From: a virus
Lineage: Duplodnaviria > Caudoviricetes
Virus record (IMG/VR): IMGVR_UViG_3300049739_000204
Span: 1 to 40,808 of that record
Reading direction: 5' to 3' (one strand)
DNA: 40,808 nucleotides
This document shows positions 1 through 10,163 of this stretch, piece after piece; within the stretch, counting starts at the first letter, position 1; every line of letters begins with the position of its first letter. The translations under genes were made by a program, and so were the position numbers. The notes under the pieces were generated by a model. It was not told where the DNA came from and did not search any database. It saw only the letters and a program-made list of their open reading frames with translations.

Positions 1-149
1 AAAACCTCTTATGCACGACATTTACAAGCTGTCAGTTGAGAACGAGAGTCAGGAAAAGCTTATTCAGTTAGATGGCCAGTTTGTACCTGTGAATCCACAG
101 TTCTTAGGCGACAGGACTGAGATGTCAGTAGCAGTAGCTTTGACACCTG
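1..149. repeat. Terminal direct repeat (assembly overlap), copy 1; matches 40660-40808
   Basis: 1-149 equals 40660-40808 except one base (A127 vs T40786); lies inside the portal CDS, so it is a circularisation overlap. Confidence 0.95.
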
Positions 150-640
150 AAGAGCAAGCGCAAGAAGCGCAGATGCTGTTAAGCCTAGACCAGCAGTTCA
201 CCTTAAACCCCAACGATCCGAGCCTTGGCGGTATGTATGGCGCACCACAGCGTCACGCAATGCTCAGTCGTGCATTTGAGCTTTTGAATGTGAAGTCGGG
301 CAACCAGTACCTGTTTGATCCTAACAGCCCAGAGTTCCAGCAGATGCAACAGGCACAACAGCAACAGCAAGCTGAGGCGGCGGCTAAACAGGCTGAGGTT
401 GAGAAGTTTAACGCGGGTATGACTGCACGTCAGGTAGCCGTGATGGAGGGTCAGCTTGAGCTGGACGTTGTTAAGGAGCAGAACAAGATGCTTCTTGAGA
501 TGGAGAAGTTTGAGCATACCCAAGAGAAGGATGACACAGAAGCTCTAATGAAAGTGACTAAGCAAAACCATGATATGGAGATGGATGTTAAGGAGCTTGA
601 AGTAGAGAAGAAGCAAAAAAGAAATGTATCAATAGGTTAA
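1..640 (+). CDS. Portal protein, C-terminal part (continues from 39206 across the overlap)
   Basis: ATG at 11 corresponds to 40670, in frame with ATG 39206; Q-rich coiled-coil tail typical of podovirus portals. Confidence 0.9.
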   Translation, partial: KPLMHDIYKLSVENESQEKLIQLDGQFVPVNPQFLGDRTEMSVAVALTPEEQAQEAQMLLSLDQQFTLNPNDPSLGGMYGAPQRHAMLSRAFELLNVKSGNQYLFDPNSPEFQQMQQAQQQQQAEAAAKQAEVEKFNAGMTARQVAVMEGQLELDVVKEQNKMLLEMEKFEHTQEKDDTEALMKVTKQNHDMEMDVKELEVEKKQKRNVSIG

Positions 641-662
641 TAACTTTAAGTGGAGTTGATAA

Positions 663-917
663 ATGAATGAAGAAGATATTGGCGATATAACGGCACAGGC
701 AGAAGCCGCAAAAGCGCTATTGCAGAATCCCGTTTTTAACGCGGCATTTGAAAACATGAATGAACAGATCATGGGTCAAATATTAGCTACACCCGTTGAA
801 GCGAGTGAAGAAAGAGAACGCCTGTACACCATGTACAAGGCGGGACAGTTATTTGTACAGCAATTTGCTGGAATAATAAACAACTACGAGTTGGCAAAAC
901 AACCAGAAGTAATGTAA
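663..917 (+). CDS. Small hypothetical protein between portal and scaffold
   Basis: 84 aa ORF with GGAG SD; small helical genes are common at this position in podovirus head modules. Confidence 0.75.
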   Translation: MNEEDIGDITAQAEAAKALLQNPVFNAAFENMNEQIMGQILATPVEASEERERLYTMYKAGQLFVQQFAGIINNYELAKQPEVM

Positions 918-936
918 AATTACAGGAGAATCCAAA

Positions 937-1914
937 ATGAGCGACGAGCAAACCACACCCGTGGACTCTACTCAAGCGGATGATAGCGATATCATTGCCC
1001 GATTGACGGCGGTACTGGAGTCAAACGACCAAACCGAAACCCCTGAAGAAGAGCAAGAGGTGGTTGAAGAAACTACTGACGAAGTGATCGAGGAGGAACA
1101 GGCAGTTGAGGAAGTATCCGAAGAATCAGAGGAGGTCGAAGAAGACCCAACCGAAGAGTCTGAAGAAAAAACCGAAGACGAACCTGAAGTAGTATCTGAG
1201 GGCTTTGTTGAGATAGATGGTGAACGATTATCTATTGAAGACGTAAAGCTTGGATATTTACGCCAATCCGATTACACCAAGAAGACGCAAGCTGTTGCCG
1301 AACAGCGTAAAGCCGCAGAAGAACAATCTAAGGCTTACGAATCCACTCTTAGCGCCATCTTGTCTAACGCCGGTGCAGACCTACGACGATTCGACAACGT
1401 CGACTGGGAAAAAGCCGCGATAGAGAATCCCGAACAATACAAGCAAGCCAAAGCGATGTATGACCAGACGCGAGCGACTTATGAAAATATTAAGCGCACG
1501 TCGGATGAGAATATAAAGCGACAGGAAGCACAGCAACAGGCGGAAATGGTAGAAAAAGCCCAAGAAAGTCTGACTGTCCTTAAAGCCACAATCCCTAACT
1601 GGAATAACGACCTCTATTACTCAATTGGTGAGTATGCGAAGGATACGTTAGGCGTTGGGGTAGATGAGTTTAATGAGGTGCATGACCACCGACTTATCAC
1701 GGCGCTGTTTAAGGCTATGCAGTTTGATCGGGCCAAGACCGAGACGCAAAAGAAAGTAAAAGCGACTCCTCAAAAAACTTTGTCGGGTAAGAAAGCTGAA
1801 CCCAAAGATCTAGGCCGAGAAGACAATTATCGCAAAGCGAAACAGCGTCTTAAATCGTCCGGGTCTACGGAAGATGCGATTCAAGCCCTCTTGAACCGAA
1901 AAACTAGACTTTAG
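937..1914 (+). CDS. Capsid scaffolding protein
   Basis: Acidic N-terminus, 'GYLRQSDYTKKTQ' motif, coiled coil, basic C-terminus; directly upstream of capsid gene. Confidence 0.88.
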   Translation: MSDEQTTPVDSTQADDSDIIARLTAVLESNDQTETPEEEQEVVEETTDEVIEEEQAVEEVSEESEEVEEDPTEESEEKTEDEPEVVSEGFVEIDGERLSIEDVKLGYLRQSDYTKKTQAVAEQRKAAEEQSKAYESTLSAILSNAGADLRRFDNVDWEKAAIENPEQYKQAKAMYDQTRATYENIKRTSDENIKRQEAQQQAEMVEKAQESLTVLKATIPNWNNDLYYSIGEYAKDTLGVGVDEFNEVHDHRLITALFKAMQFDRAKTETQKKVKATPQKTLSGKKAEPKDLGREDNYRKAKQRLKSSGSTEDAIQALLNRKTRL

Positions 1915-1923
1915 GAAATTATT

Positions 1924-2823
1924 ATGGCTACTGTAGCTGGAACTTTTAAAACTTTTTCACAGGTTGGTATGAAGGAAGATATCGAAGATATCATCTATGA
2001 CATTTCTCCAACTTTAACTCCATTTACTTCTTCAATCGGAACTAGCACTGCTACTTCTACTTTGCACCAGTGGCAAGAAGATGAACTAGCCGCTGTTGGC
2101 ACTAACGCAAAGGTTGAGGGTGCTGATGCTGGCGCCGCCGCCGCTGAAACTACAACTATGAAGAATGCAAGCACGCAGATCTTTGACAAGGTTGTTGCTT
2201 CATCTGGCACTAACGAAGTTGTTGAAAAGTATGGTCGTGGCTCTGAGCTTGAATACCAAATCGTTAAGAAAGGTAAAGAGCTTCGCCGTGACATCGAACA
2301 CGCTTTTGTTGGCGCATTGCAAGCTGGTACTGTTGGTAACGCAACTACTGCTCGTCAGTTGAAGTCTGCTCAAAACCAAATCGACGCTTCAACTACTAGC
2401 ACCAATGGTTCTAACCGTACCTTTACTGAGGCTCTTCTTTTGGGCGTGCTTGAAGACGTTTACAGTGCTGGTGGCGAGCCTAACCAGATCCAAGTAACCC
2501 CGTCTCACTCTCTAAAGATCGCTGATTTTGCGGCGGCTTCAGGTCGTAATCGTGACTTCAGCACTGGCACTAAGCTAGTCAATGTTGTGGACGTATATGT
2601 GTCGCCTTTTGGTGAGTGTTCAGTTGTACCGAATAGATTCCTACAAGCTAACACTTGTTTGGTTCTTGACACTGAATACTGGTCACGCGCTGTACTGCGT
2701 CCAGTAACCACTACTGTACTAGCTAAGACTGGTGATTCTGAGAAGCGTCAAATGTTGACTGAGCAAACTCTTGTTTGTGAAAACAGCAAAGCTTCTGGCT
2801 TGATCGAAGCTCTTACTGCTTAA
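1924..2823 (+). CDS. Major capsid protein (DUF5309/SU10-like)
   Basis: 'EDIEDIIYDISPTLTPF', 'HQWQED', 'KGKELRRDIE', 'LAKTGDSEK' motifs; highly biased codons; followed by terminator. Confidence 0.9.
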   Translation: MATVAGTFKTFSQVGMKEDIEDIIYDISPTLTPFTSSIGTSTATSTLHQWQEDELAAVGTNAKVEGADAGAAAAETTTMKNASTQIFDKVVASSGTNEVVEKYGRGSELEYQIVKKGKELRRDIEHAFVGALQAGTVGNATTARQLKSAQNQIDASTTSTNGSNRTFTEALLLGVLEDVYSAGGEPNQIQVTPSHSLKIADFAAASGRNRDFSTGTKLVNVVDVYVSPFGECSVVPNRFLQANTCLVLDTEYWSRAVLRPVTTTVLAKTGDSEKRQMLTEQTLVCENSKASGLIEALTA

Positions 2824-2836
2824 AGATGACATAACT

Positions 2837-2863
2837 GGGCGGCTCTTCGGGGCCGTCCTTTTA
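2837..2863 (+). terminator. Rho-independent terminator after capsid gene
   Basis: GGGCGGCTC-TTCG-GGGCCGTCC followed by T-run. Confidence 0.85.
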
Positions 2864-2887
2864 TTAACTTATTTTTGAGGTTAGACG

Positions 2888-3184
2888 ATGTCAGACGGCA
2901 TAAAAGCAAATATCCAGCACGATAAAAATACCGATTCTGTAACCATATCTCACAGCCAAGACGTGAGCGGCATTCTTGAACAGAACAGAATAGCTCGACA
3001 GCAAGACACTAGGCGCGGTGCTGATATGCAACGTGTAGCGTCTATCCCGGCGGTAGTTGTGATGGAGTGGATGAAAGAGGGCATAAACGTAATGGCCCCA
3101 AACCGCGAAGATTTAAAGCGCATGAAAAAGAAGCTTAACTCTCCCGACTACGCCTATTTGCGAACAGGCGGTGGACGACTATGA
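2888..3184 (+). CDS. Hypothetical phage protein
   Basis: 98 aa, GAGG SD, 'VASIP..V...W...G' and 'LNSPDYAYLRT' motifs often seen in the gene after podovirus capsid genes. Confidence 0.75.
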   Translation: MSDGIKANIQHDKNTDSVTISHSQDVSGILEQNRIARQQDTRRGADMQRVASIPAVVVMEWMKEGINVMAPNREDLKRMKKKLNSPDYAYLRTGGGRL

Positions 3185-3777
3185 GTCTAAGCACTTATGC
3201 AGAACTCAAAAGCTCAGTAGCTAACTGGTTAAACAGAACCGACCTGACTACCGAGATACCAGATTTTATCAAACTTGCTGAAACTCGAATAGCGCATGAA
3301 GTGCGGCTACCTACTATAGAGAAGACAGCGAGTATGACCTTAAACGCTCAAGGCGCAGTTGCGATACCCGCAGACTTCCTTGAGCTTATTGACGTTTTCT
3401 ACAACGACAAACCCTTAGACCGTATTAGCCTTACACAGCTACGCGGACTGACTCCCCGGTCAGGCGTTCCTGTGTGTTTTGCTAGAGACGGTAAAGAGCT
3501 TGTTTTTTTTCCCACGCCAGCGACTCAGACAGACACACTTGTTGTTAAATATTATTACCAAGTGCCTGACCTAAGTGACTCTGCAACTACTAACGATTTA
3601 TTTGCAACAATTCCTGAAATGTATTTATTCGGTGCGCTGTCTGAAGCGGCGACATTCTTAGGGGCTGACAATGGACGTTGGGAACAATCATATCAAACAG
3701 CCTTTAACCGAGCTGTTGCACACAATCGGTCAGCCGAAGTTGCTGGCTCTAGTCCACAGATACAGAGCGGGTACTAA
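3181..3777 (+). CDS. Head-tail adaptor / tail tubular protein
   Basis: 'TYAELKSSVANWLNRTDLT..IPDFIKLAE' N-terminus and 'PEMYLFGAL.EA' motif; ATGA coupling. Confidence 0.8.
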   Translation: MSLSTYAELKSSVANWLNRTDLTTEIPDFIKLAETRIAHEVRLPTIEKTASMTLNAQGAVAIPADFLELIDVFYNDKPLDRISLTQLRGLTPRSGVPVCFARDGKELVFFPTPATQTDTLVVKYYYQVPDLSDSATTNDLFATIPEMYLFGALSEAATFLGADNGRWEQSYQTAFNRAVAHNRSAEVAGSSPQIQSGY

Positions 3778-3780
3778 AAC

Positions 3781-6700
3781 ATGGCAGGATTCTACGAGAA
3801 CATTACAGTTAGCGCGGCAGTACCTAACGCCGCCGCAGACGCAGAAGCCGCAAAAGATGCGGCAGTTACAGCTAAAAATGAAGCAGAAGCCGCAAAAGAT
3901 GCGGCAGAAGTAGCAAAAAATCTTGCTGAACAGCACAAAGACACCGCAAGCGGTTATGTGGGAACGGTTAGCGGCGCACAGAGTATTGCTGACGCAAACG
4001 TAGCTTCTACCGCCGGGGACAGGCAAGCCGCAGAGGACGCTAGAGATTTAGCGTATAGCTATGGACAAGCGGCAAGCTTATCGGCCCAATCAGCAGAAAT
4101 TTCAGCTAACTCAGTGTCTGCTAACGCGGCAACTGTAGCCGGCATGGCTGACAATGTAGATATTGTTGCTGGTCTTCAAAACACACTCGTAACTTTAGCC
4201 CATGATTTAGGTATTGGCGGCAACATAACAACGGTGCGTCCCTATGTAAATCAAATAGACACAGTGGCGGGCATGGTTTCAAATGTCGCTACTGTAGCCG
4301 CAGACGCGGCTGATATTGGCACAGTAGCTACAGACCTCACAGGCTCAAACAACATCGGCACAGTAGCCGGGTTAGCTCCGAAGATTAATACAGTTGCTGG
4401 ACTAAGCTCTGAACTAACTTCAGTACACGGCAACAACGCCGACATCACGACAGTAGCTACCAGCTTAAACGCTGGCAACATAATAGCTAACGTAAGCTCA
4501 AGCATTGGCAATGTTAACAACGTAGGTAATAAGCTTGCCGAGATTGAAGCAGTCAAAAACGCTTTATCAGATATTGCCGCAGTAGAAAATAAGCTAACTG
4601 AAATCGACAATGTGTCTGACAGCATCACAAACGTAGATTCGGTTGCTGGCGTTATAAGTGAAGTACAGACAGTCGCTGGTGTGAGTGATGAAGTAGCAAA
4701 TTTAAGTAAGTCTACTGGGGATATATCTACGCTAGTAAGCAAGCTAGGTCAAACAAGCGACCTTGCGGGTGCTGTAACTGACGCACAGAACAGTGCAACA
4801 TCAGCCGCTAGTTCTGCTTCAACAGCTTCTACTCAAGCTACTACTGCTTCAGGTCACGCTTCTACAGCCGCAACTCATGCCGCTAACTTAGGTAGTGTTG
4901 CTTATCAAGACCTTACAGCCATAGCTGAGTCAAAAGCAGTAACTGCCACTGACGTATTTGTCTATGACACTAGCAAAGACTCTGACGGTGGTGCATGGCG
5001 TAACCGTACTCAAGGTACTTCATGGTACAACGAGCCGTTAAACACTAGCAGTCGTGGTGCAACTAAGAAGTTCCCTGCGGTTGCTGTGATTGTTACTGAG
5101 TCTAACAAGGTTACTATCTATGATGCAGATGACCCTAGTATGCCTATGTGGTTTACATCCAGAAATACGACTACGGATGTTGGTAAAGGAGTTTTAAGAC
5201 AACTTAACTCTTATAATCCAACTTGTGTTTCAGCAAAAGACGGTAAGGTGTTTGTTGGTATAAATATATCAGGAAACTATGCCTCAAATGAAGGGTTACA
5301 TTATTTAGATTTTGTTAAAGACGAAGCGGGTAAACACGTTACGTCATCAGGTAATACAGGTAAAGTAACACCTTTAACTGCGTACCCAAATACAAACGTA
5401 ACAGCAGACTCAAGTATGGGTGTGTTAAACAGTGCAGATGTCAACGACATAGCCGTAACAGTTCTCCCCAACGCACCTATAGACCCTGACACTGGATTAC
5501 CTGTGCTAACCATAGCGGTTGCTACTGATGGTGGTGTGAATGTTATTAAGGATGATGGGACTGTTGTTGATTTAACCACCTCTCAGTCGGGCTATACAAA
5601 ATCTAAGTTTGTTTATTTTGACAGTCTAAATAGAATTTTCTTCAGTTTTGACCAAACAGGGTCGAGAAGGTTCTGGGGATACAATGTTATTCCTACGGTG
5701 GACACTGTTGTAACAACCACAGTAAACGCAAAGCAAAATGCAGACTATTATTTTGGAGACCACAACCCAGCATATGGAAGAGACCTCGCTTGGTTTTCAG
5801 CAAGCACTCACGCAACAGGTGTAGCTAATGACGCTATAGCAACTGAACGTGGGTTATTTAAATATGATATAAATCCACAAAAAGCTAACGAAAGTTTGTT
5901 TTCACAAATCACATCCTCCTACAACACAGGTTGGATGAACGGTGACATTAAGTTAGCAACCTTGATGGATACTACTGCTGAGACTATTAGCGCACCTGAG
6001 ATAGCAAACACAGCAGGAAACTCAGGCAATACTGGTGGAGCTACTTGGACTATTGATAACGCTCAAACAGTGAGTGTCACTAGTTCAACAGCCGTGGTAG
6101 GTTATTTTAATAGAATAGCTACACTTGAAGTTGGTAAACAATACACCGCTACACTTACTTTATCTAACTATTCTGGTACAGGTACTATGGGAATTGGATC
6201 AGGTAGCGGTATAGGTAGTACAGTTAGACGAGACTCAAACGGATCAATAACACATACCTTTACGGCTACTGGTGATGCTCTTTCTTTCTTTGTTCGTAAT
6301 ACAAACTCAGGAACTATGCACCTTTCTGTTCAAGAGCTAGTTGCAGACCGCTCAGTAAACGGCAACGGTCTAAACATCGTTGGTAATATAACTAAGGAAG
6401 CTGTAGCAACTGGTGCGGAGCTTGTTAGCTATTCAGGTAATTCCGCTAACTATTTAACGCAACCTCACAACCCTGACCTAGATGTTATAGGTGATGGTAC
6501 TCAACACCCTTACACAATGATGGGTTGGTTTAAAAGCAAAACCGCTGACTCGTATTTATCGGGACAAGGTGTTCTTTTAAGTGCTAACCAACAAACAGAC
6601 CAGTTTATTTCTTGGCAGTTTAACGGTGCTGACGGTTCGGTTGGTGTGTGGGTCAAAAACACCACTGGTAATTCTCAGTACACTTCAGCAAATGTGGTTC

Positions 6701-7164
6701 TGAAAAATCAATGGAATCATGTTGTTTGGGTTAATGAAGGTGGTACTAAGTTTAAAATATACGTTAACGGTAAGTTTGTTGGTGAAGTAGATTTATCTGG
6801 AGATAAGTTTCCTACATCTATAACTAACCGTGAGTTTATAGTTTGTAAAAGTAACAGCAACATACAAACTCTTGTTAAGTTTAGCTTGACTAATCCAACC
6901 GCAGAGCAAATCGCTAAAATCTACCGTGACGAGAAACCTCTGTTCCAAGAGGGAGCTAAGTGTACTTTGTCTGGTAAAGACGATGTTCAAGCAATAGCCT
7001 ATGACGAAGATACTGGAAAGCTTCACGTTGGTAATGGTGATGCAACTTCAGGTAGATACAGAGATGAGTTTGTCGGGTTACAAAACGTCAACCCTGTGTT
7101 TAGGGACACATACAGCATAGGTACTGCCATCAGTGCCGTTAACGGCTTAGTAGTAGAGGAATAA
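3781..7164 (+). CDS. Long tail fibre / receptor-binding protein with C-terminal LamG-like domain
   Basis: 1127 aa; Ala-rich coiled coil, repeated 'TVAG' motifs, beta-rich C-half with 'WNHVVWV..FKIYVNG'. Confidence 0.8.
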   Translation: MAGFYENITVSAAVPNAAADAEAAKDAAVTAKNEAEAAKDAAEVAKNLAEQHKDTASGYVGTVSGAQSIADANVASTAGDRQAAEDARDLAYSYGQAASLSAQSAEISANSVSANAATVAGMADNVDIVAGLQNTLVTLAHDLGIGGNITTVRPYVNQIDTVAGMVSNVATVAADAADIGTVATDLTGSNNIGTVAGLAPKINTVAGLSSELTSVHGNNADITTVATSLNAGNIIANVSSSIGNVNNVGNKLAEIEAVKNALSDIAAVENKLTEIDNVSDSITNVDSVAGVISEVQTVAGVSDEVANLSKSTGDISTLVSKLGQTSDLAGAVTDAQNSATSAASSASTASTQATTASGHASTAATHAANLGSVAYQDLTAIAESKAVTATDVFVYDTSKDSDGGAWRNRTQGTSWYNEPLNTSSRGATKKFPAVAVIVTESNKVTIYDADDPSMPMWFTSRNTTTDVGKGVLRQLNSYNPTCVSAKDGKVFVGINISGNYASNEGLHYLDFVKDEAGKHVTSSGNTGKVTPLTAYPNTNVTADSSMGVLNSADVNDIAVTVLPNAPIDPDTGLPVLTIAVATDGGVNVIKDDGTVVDLTTSQSGYTKSKFVYFDSLNRIFFSFDQTGSRRFWGYNVIPTVDTVVTTTVNAKQNADYYFGDHNPAYGRDLAWFSASTHATGVANDAIATERGLFKYDINPQKANESLFSQITSSYNTGWMNGDIKLATLMDTTAETISAPEIANTAGNSGNTGGATWTIDNAQTVSVTSSTAVVGYFNRIATLEVGKQYTATLTLSNYSGTGTMGIGSGSGIGSTVRRDSNGSITHTFTATGDALSFFVRNTNSGTMHLSVQELVADRSVNGNGLNIVGNITKEAVATGAELVSYSGNSANYLTQPHNPDLDVIGDGTQHPYTMMGWFKSKTADSYLSGQGVLLSANQQTDQFISWQFNGADGSVGVWVKNTTGNSQYTSANVVLKNQWNHVVWVNEGGTKFKIYVNGKFVGEVDLSGDKFPTSITNREFIVCKSNSNIQTLVKFSLTNPTAEQIAKIYRDEKPLFQEGAKCTLSGKDDVQAIAYDEDTGKLHVGNGDATSGRYRDEFVGLQNVNPVFRDTYSIGTAISAVNGLVVEE

Positions 7165-7168
7165 TAAT

Positions 7169-8218
7169 ATGACAGTATTAATATCAAAACCCGCAATAAA
7201 CTTGCGAGAAGAACTAGCCTCCCTGAGAAATCAGGGGGGTTTACCCAAGGAAGATAAGCTGTACTTGGATAACCTTGTAGATAACGGTACGTTTGATAGC
7301 GGTACTACTGGGTGGGTGTCTAACAGTTCTACTTTATCTATAGACAACCAGAGATTAAAAGTAACTGCTACAGCACCTTACGGTGAAGCAATATATGACA
7401 TACCTACAGAAACAGGTAAAACTTACAAAGTAACCTTTGATTACATTAAAGGGGATTGTAACGGCTATGCCGAAGTTCGTAACCAAGGTTTCAATGTCAA
7501 CTTATTTACGGATGCAAATAATGTCTACACCGCAAACACAACAACAGAATTTACTTTTGTGGCAACAGACCCTGTATCTAAGCTACGCCTTCTTAACAGC
7601 CATGGTACATCAAGCGGTAACTATAACTTTTGGGACAACGTATCAGTCCAAGAAGTAGGCGAAAACCTTGTAAGCAACGGTACGTTTGATACTGACAGTG
7701 GTTGGACACCAAGTTCTGCAGGGGCTGCATCAGGTATTAGTAATGGTCAGGCTTACCTAGAGTCATCGGGAGGTAATGCGAGACTTTCGCAAAATGTAAA
7801 CTTAGAAGCGGGCAAAACTTATACAATTCAGTTTGACTTAATATCACAAGCTGGTTTTGGTTTGTCTTATGTTAGGCTCGGCACTAGTGAGTTACTTCCT
7901 ATAAACTCCGTCAGTATAGGCAAAAACTCAGGGACTTTTGTCGCAAATTCTGCAAACAACCTTTATTTCGGAACATTCGCCAATAATGGCACTAGTTTTA
8001 CTATAGACAACGTAATACTCACCGAAGGCAACCACCAAGTAATCCAAAGCATCCCCTACGGCTACGATGTCAAAGATGTTTACATTGACGGAGACTTAGC
8101 TCGTGAAGGTGAAGCCTACGATTACGAAGTGAAAACCGATGGTATTAACCAGTGGATCAAGCCTAGTGTTGAACCCACAGCAACCACAGAAACTGTTGTT
8201 ATAGGAGTACGCAAATGA
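7169..8218 (+). CDS. Tail-associated protein with two carbohydrate-binding-module-like repeats
   Basis: Two 'NLV.NGTFD...GW ... GKTY.(V/I).FD ... DNV' units (CBM4/9-like). Confidence 0.7.
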   Translation: MTVLISKPAINLREELASLRNQGGLPKEDKLYLDNLVDNGTFDSGTTGWVSNSSTLSIDNQRLKVTATAPYGEAIYDIPTETGKTYKVTFDYIKGDCNGYAEVRNQGFNVNLFTDANNVYTANTTTEFTFVATDPVSKLRLLNSHGTSSGNYNFWDNVSVQEVGENLVSNGTFDTDSGWTPSSAGAASGISNGQAYLESSGGNARLSQNVNLEAGKTYTIQFDLISQAGFGLSYVRLGTSELLPINSVSIGKNSGTFVANSANNLYFGTFANNGTSFTIDNVILTEGNHQVIQSIPYGYDVKDVYIDGDLAREGEAYDYEVKTDGINQWIKPSVEPTATTETVVIGVRK

Positions 8219-8751
8219 TTTTTGTACATAAAGGGATGAAGCCCCTAACTTCACAACAGTTAAACCGTAGGACACAAAAGTATATCGACAGGGACTACCC
8301 ACAGTGGAAGCGTGAGCGATCTATGCGTAAAGCTGATGGGCTATTCGATACTTACATGGATGGTGTTGAAGCTGACACAGACACTAACAGAACTAACAAC
8401 GAGTTTAACTGGAACTTAGAGCAGTACCGAAAGGCTGTTCTAAGGCTAGAGGACTATGTGTTGTCTGTTGGTGTACCTGAGTATAGTACCGAAGTGCCTA
8501 CAGGTGAGATAACTTATGACGAAGAAACTGGAGAAGCTACAGAAGTTACAGAGACCGTAGTTACTCCTGCTATTGAGCCACTAGAGGCTACTGTTGAAGT
8601 AGTAAGTGTGGACGAAGAAGGTAATGAAACTACGGAGACTGTAGACAATCCTTTGATTGTTACTGATGTTGCCGAAAGAGCGCAAGCACAATCCATTATT
8701 GATAACGCGGCTGACGAAGTAGTTAACTTCGGTGTAGCTGAAGAAGAGTAA
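8215..8751 (+). CDS. Hypothetical tail-fibre-associated protein
   Basis: 178 aa, acidic E/T/V-rich C-half, ATGA-coupled to upstream gene. Confidence 0.7.
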   Translation: MIFVHKGMKPLTSQQLNRRTQKYIDRDYPQWKRERSMRKADGLFDTYMDGVEADTDTNRTNNEFNWNLEQYRKAVLRLEDYVLSVGVPEYSTEVPTGEITYDEETGEATEVTETVVTPAIEPLEATVEVVSVDEEGNETTETVDNPLIVTDVAERAQAQSIIDNAADEVVNFGVAEEE

Positions 8752-8752
8752 T

Positions 8753-9397
8753 ATGCGCTGGGTTTGGGGAGCAACGCTTCTCTGCCTGTCTGCAATCTCA
8801 CACGCAGACAGTGACAACTCATCTCAAGAAGGATCTCTCAACACCTATAACGGTAGCGACTCGACTGTTAACAGTAACAATAACAGCGAAGACCGCTCAA
8901 CCAGTAACACCTACAACGGCGCTGGCTCATCCAGTGAAATACCAGTAGGTAGCGCAATCGCCCCATCTTACCTTAGCTCTGGCGCTGAAACTTGTTTACA
9001 AGGCTCAGGAACGTCATTGCAAACCGGTGTGGTGGGCATGGCTAGAGGATCGTTTAAGCGCGACCCTGACTGCTCGCGTAGACGAGATGCCAAGGTGCTG
9101 TCTGACCTTGGAATGCGCGTAGCGGCTGTGGCTAGAATGTGTGAAAGCGTCGATGTTTGGCGCAGTATGTTTTTATCAGGTACGCCATGTCCAATACTTA
9201 AAGGTAGCAAGCTTGTTGTTGGCAAGCGTGCGTTTTTAGTAATGAAAACAGAGCCTGAAACTTATATTCCGGACTATTCAGAGAGGTCTGAGTGGTATGA
9301 CAAAATCCTACAAATTGGAGTACAAGCAAATGAGAACAACAGTGATGATGTTATTAGCATTAGTGATCGGTTCCGCACAAGCAAACCAACTAGATGA
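8753..9397 (+). CDS. Exported Cys-containing protein of unknown function
   Basis: Signal-peptide-like N-terminus, N/S-rich region, four further Cys including 'GTPCP'. Confidence 0.75.
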   Translation: MRWVWGATLLCLSAISHADSDNSSQEGSLNTYNGSDSTVNSNNNSEDRSTSNTYNGAGSSSEIPVGSAIAPSYLSSGAETCLQGSGTSLQTGVVGMARGSFKRDPDCSRRRDAKVLSDLGMRVAAVARMCESVDVWRSMFLSGTPCPILKGSKLVVGKRAFLVMKTEPETYIPDYSERSEWYDKILQIGVQANENNSDDVISISDRFRTSKPTR

Positions 9398-10163
9398 TCT
9401 CATAAACGCTTCTAACGCTATAAAAACACAGCTAGATACTGGCACTAAGCTTGTCGGCGCCGCGACCTCATACGCTCACACGGGCGAGGGTATGTCGGAC
9501 GGAACGCTGTCTCAATCAGCACACATAACATCAGAGCAGTTATCTGCATACAACGAAGCCCTTGTAAACATGGCCAGCTATCAGCCGTATGGTGATTTGT
9601 CATCTGTACTCGAAAGTAAAGCACAGCAACAGTTGGAGCTGATGGACGAGGCAATAACAGTGTTTTCGACCGCCGTTGTGGAAATGGCTACCGTTGTAGA
9701 AGTTGCTGAAATGGCTACATCTGCTGAAACACCAAAACAGGAAGAGCAAGTCCAAGAGTACGTTGTTAGCAACGCTGAAGTATTGCAAGTATCACAAGAC
9801 ACCGTTGATGAATACAACCAGTCAGTCGACGATATTGAATCGCACGCCAATTCGGCGGTGGCGTACCTAAGTGTTGCCGCATCAGATGACGCTATGTCGT
9901 TTTTTGAGCAGTCTATCGAAAACGCAAACACGACAGCAGAGCAAACAAACATTTTTTATGACGCCAACGCACAGTGGGTTGCGATGGGGTATCCGACAAC
10001 GCGCAACCTAAGCGCTGTCTTGTTAAACGGTCAGGATGGCATTGGGTTAGATCTGTATGTTACCGAGGCAGATGTTTTGCTTGTTGGTGCTGACAGTGAA
10101 TATTATTTAAACGGTCTTACCGCACTTGGCTATGACTGCTTTATGACGCAAGAGTGTGAGTAA
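9330..10163 (+). CDS. Exported acidic helical protein of unknown function
   Basis: Start moved to ATG 9330 (GGAG SD 9317-9320); signal peptide MRTTVMMLLALVIGSAQA. Confidence 0.75.
   Translation: MRTTVMMLLALVIGSAQANQLDDLINASNAIKTQLDTGTKLVGAATSYAHTGEGMSDGTLSQSAHITSEQLSAYNEALVNMASYQPYGDLSSVLESKAQQQLELMDEAITVFSTAVVEMATVVEVAEMATSAETPKQEEQVQEYVVSNAEVLQVSQDTVDEYNQSVDDIESHANSAVAYLSVAASDDAMSFFEQSIENANTTAEQTNIFYDANAQWVAMGYPTTRNLSAVLLNGQDGIGLDLYVTEADVLLVGADSEYYLNGLTALGYDCFMTQECE

Noticed and set aside
1-149. Biological terminal repeat of the virion DNA
   Set aside because: Falls in the middle of the portal gene; best explained as assembly overlap
3841-3907. 25-bp direct repeat in tail fibre start
   Set aside because: In-frame duplication of a coiled-coil unit (AEAAKDAA); ordinary
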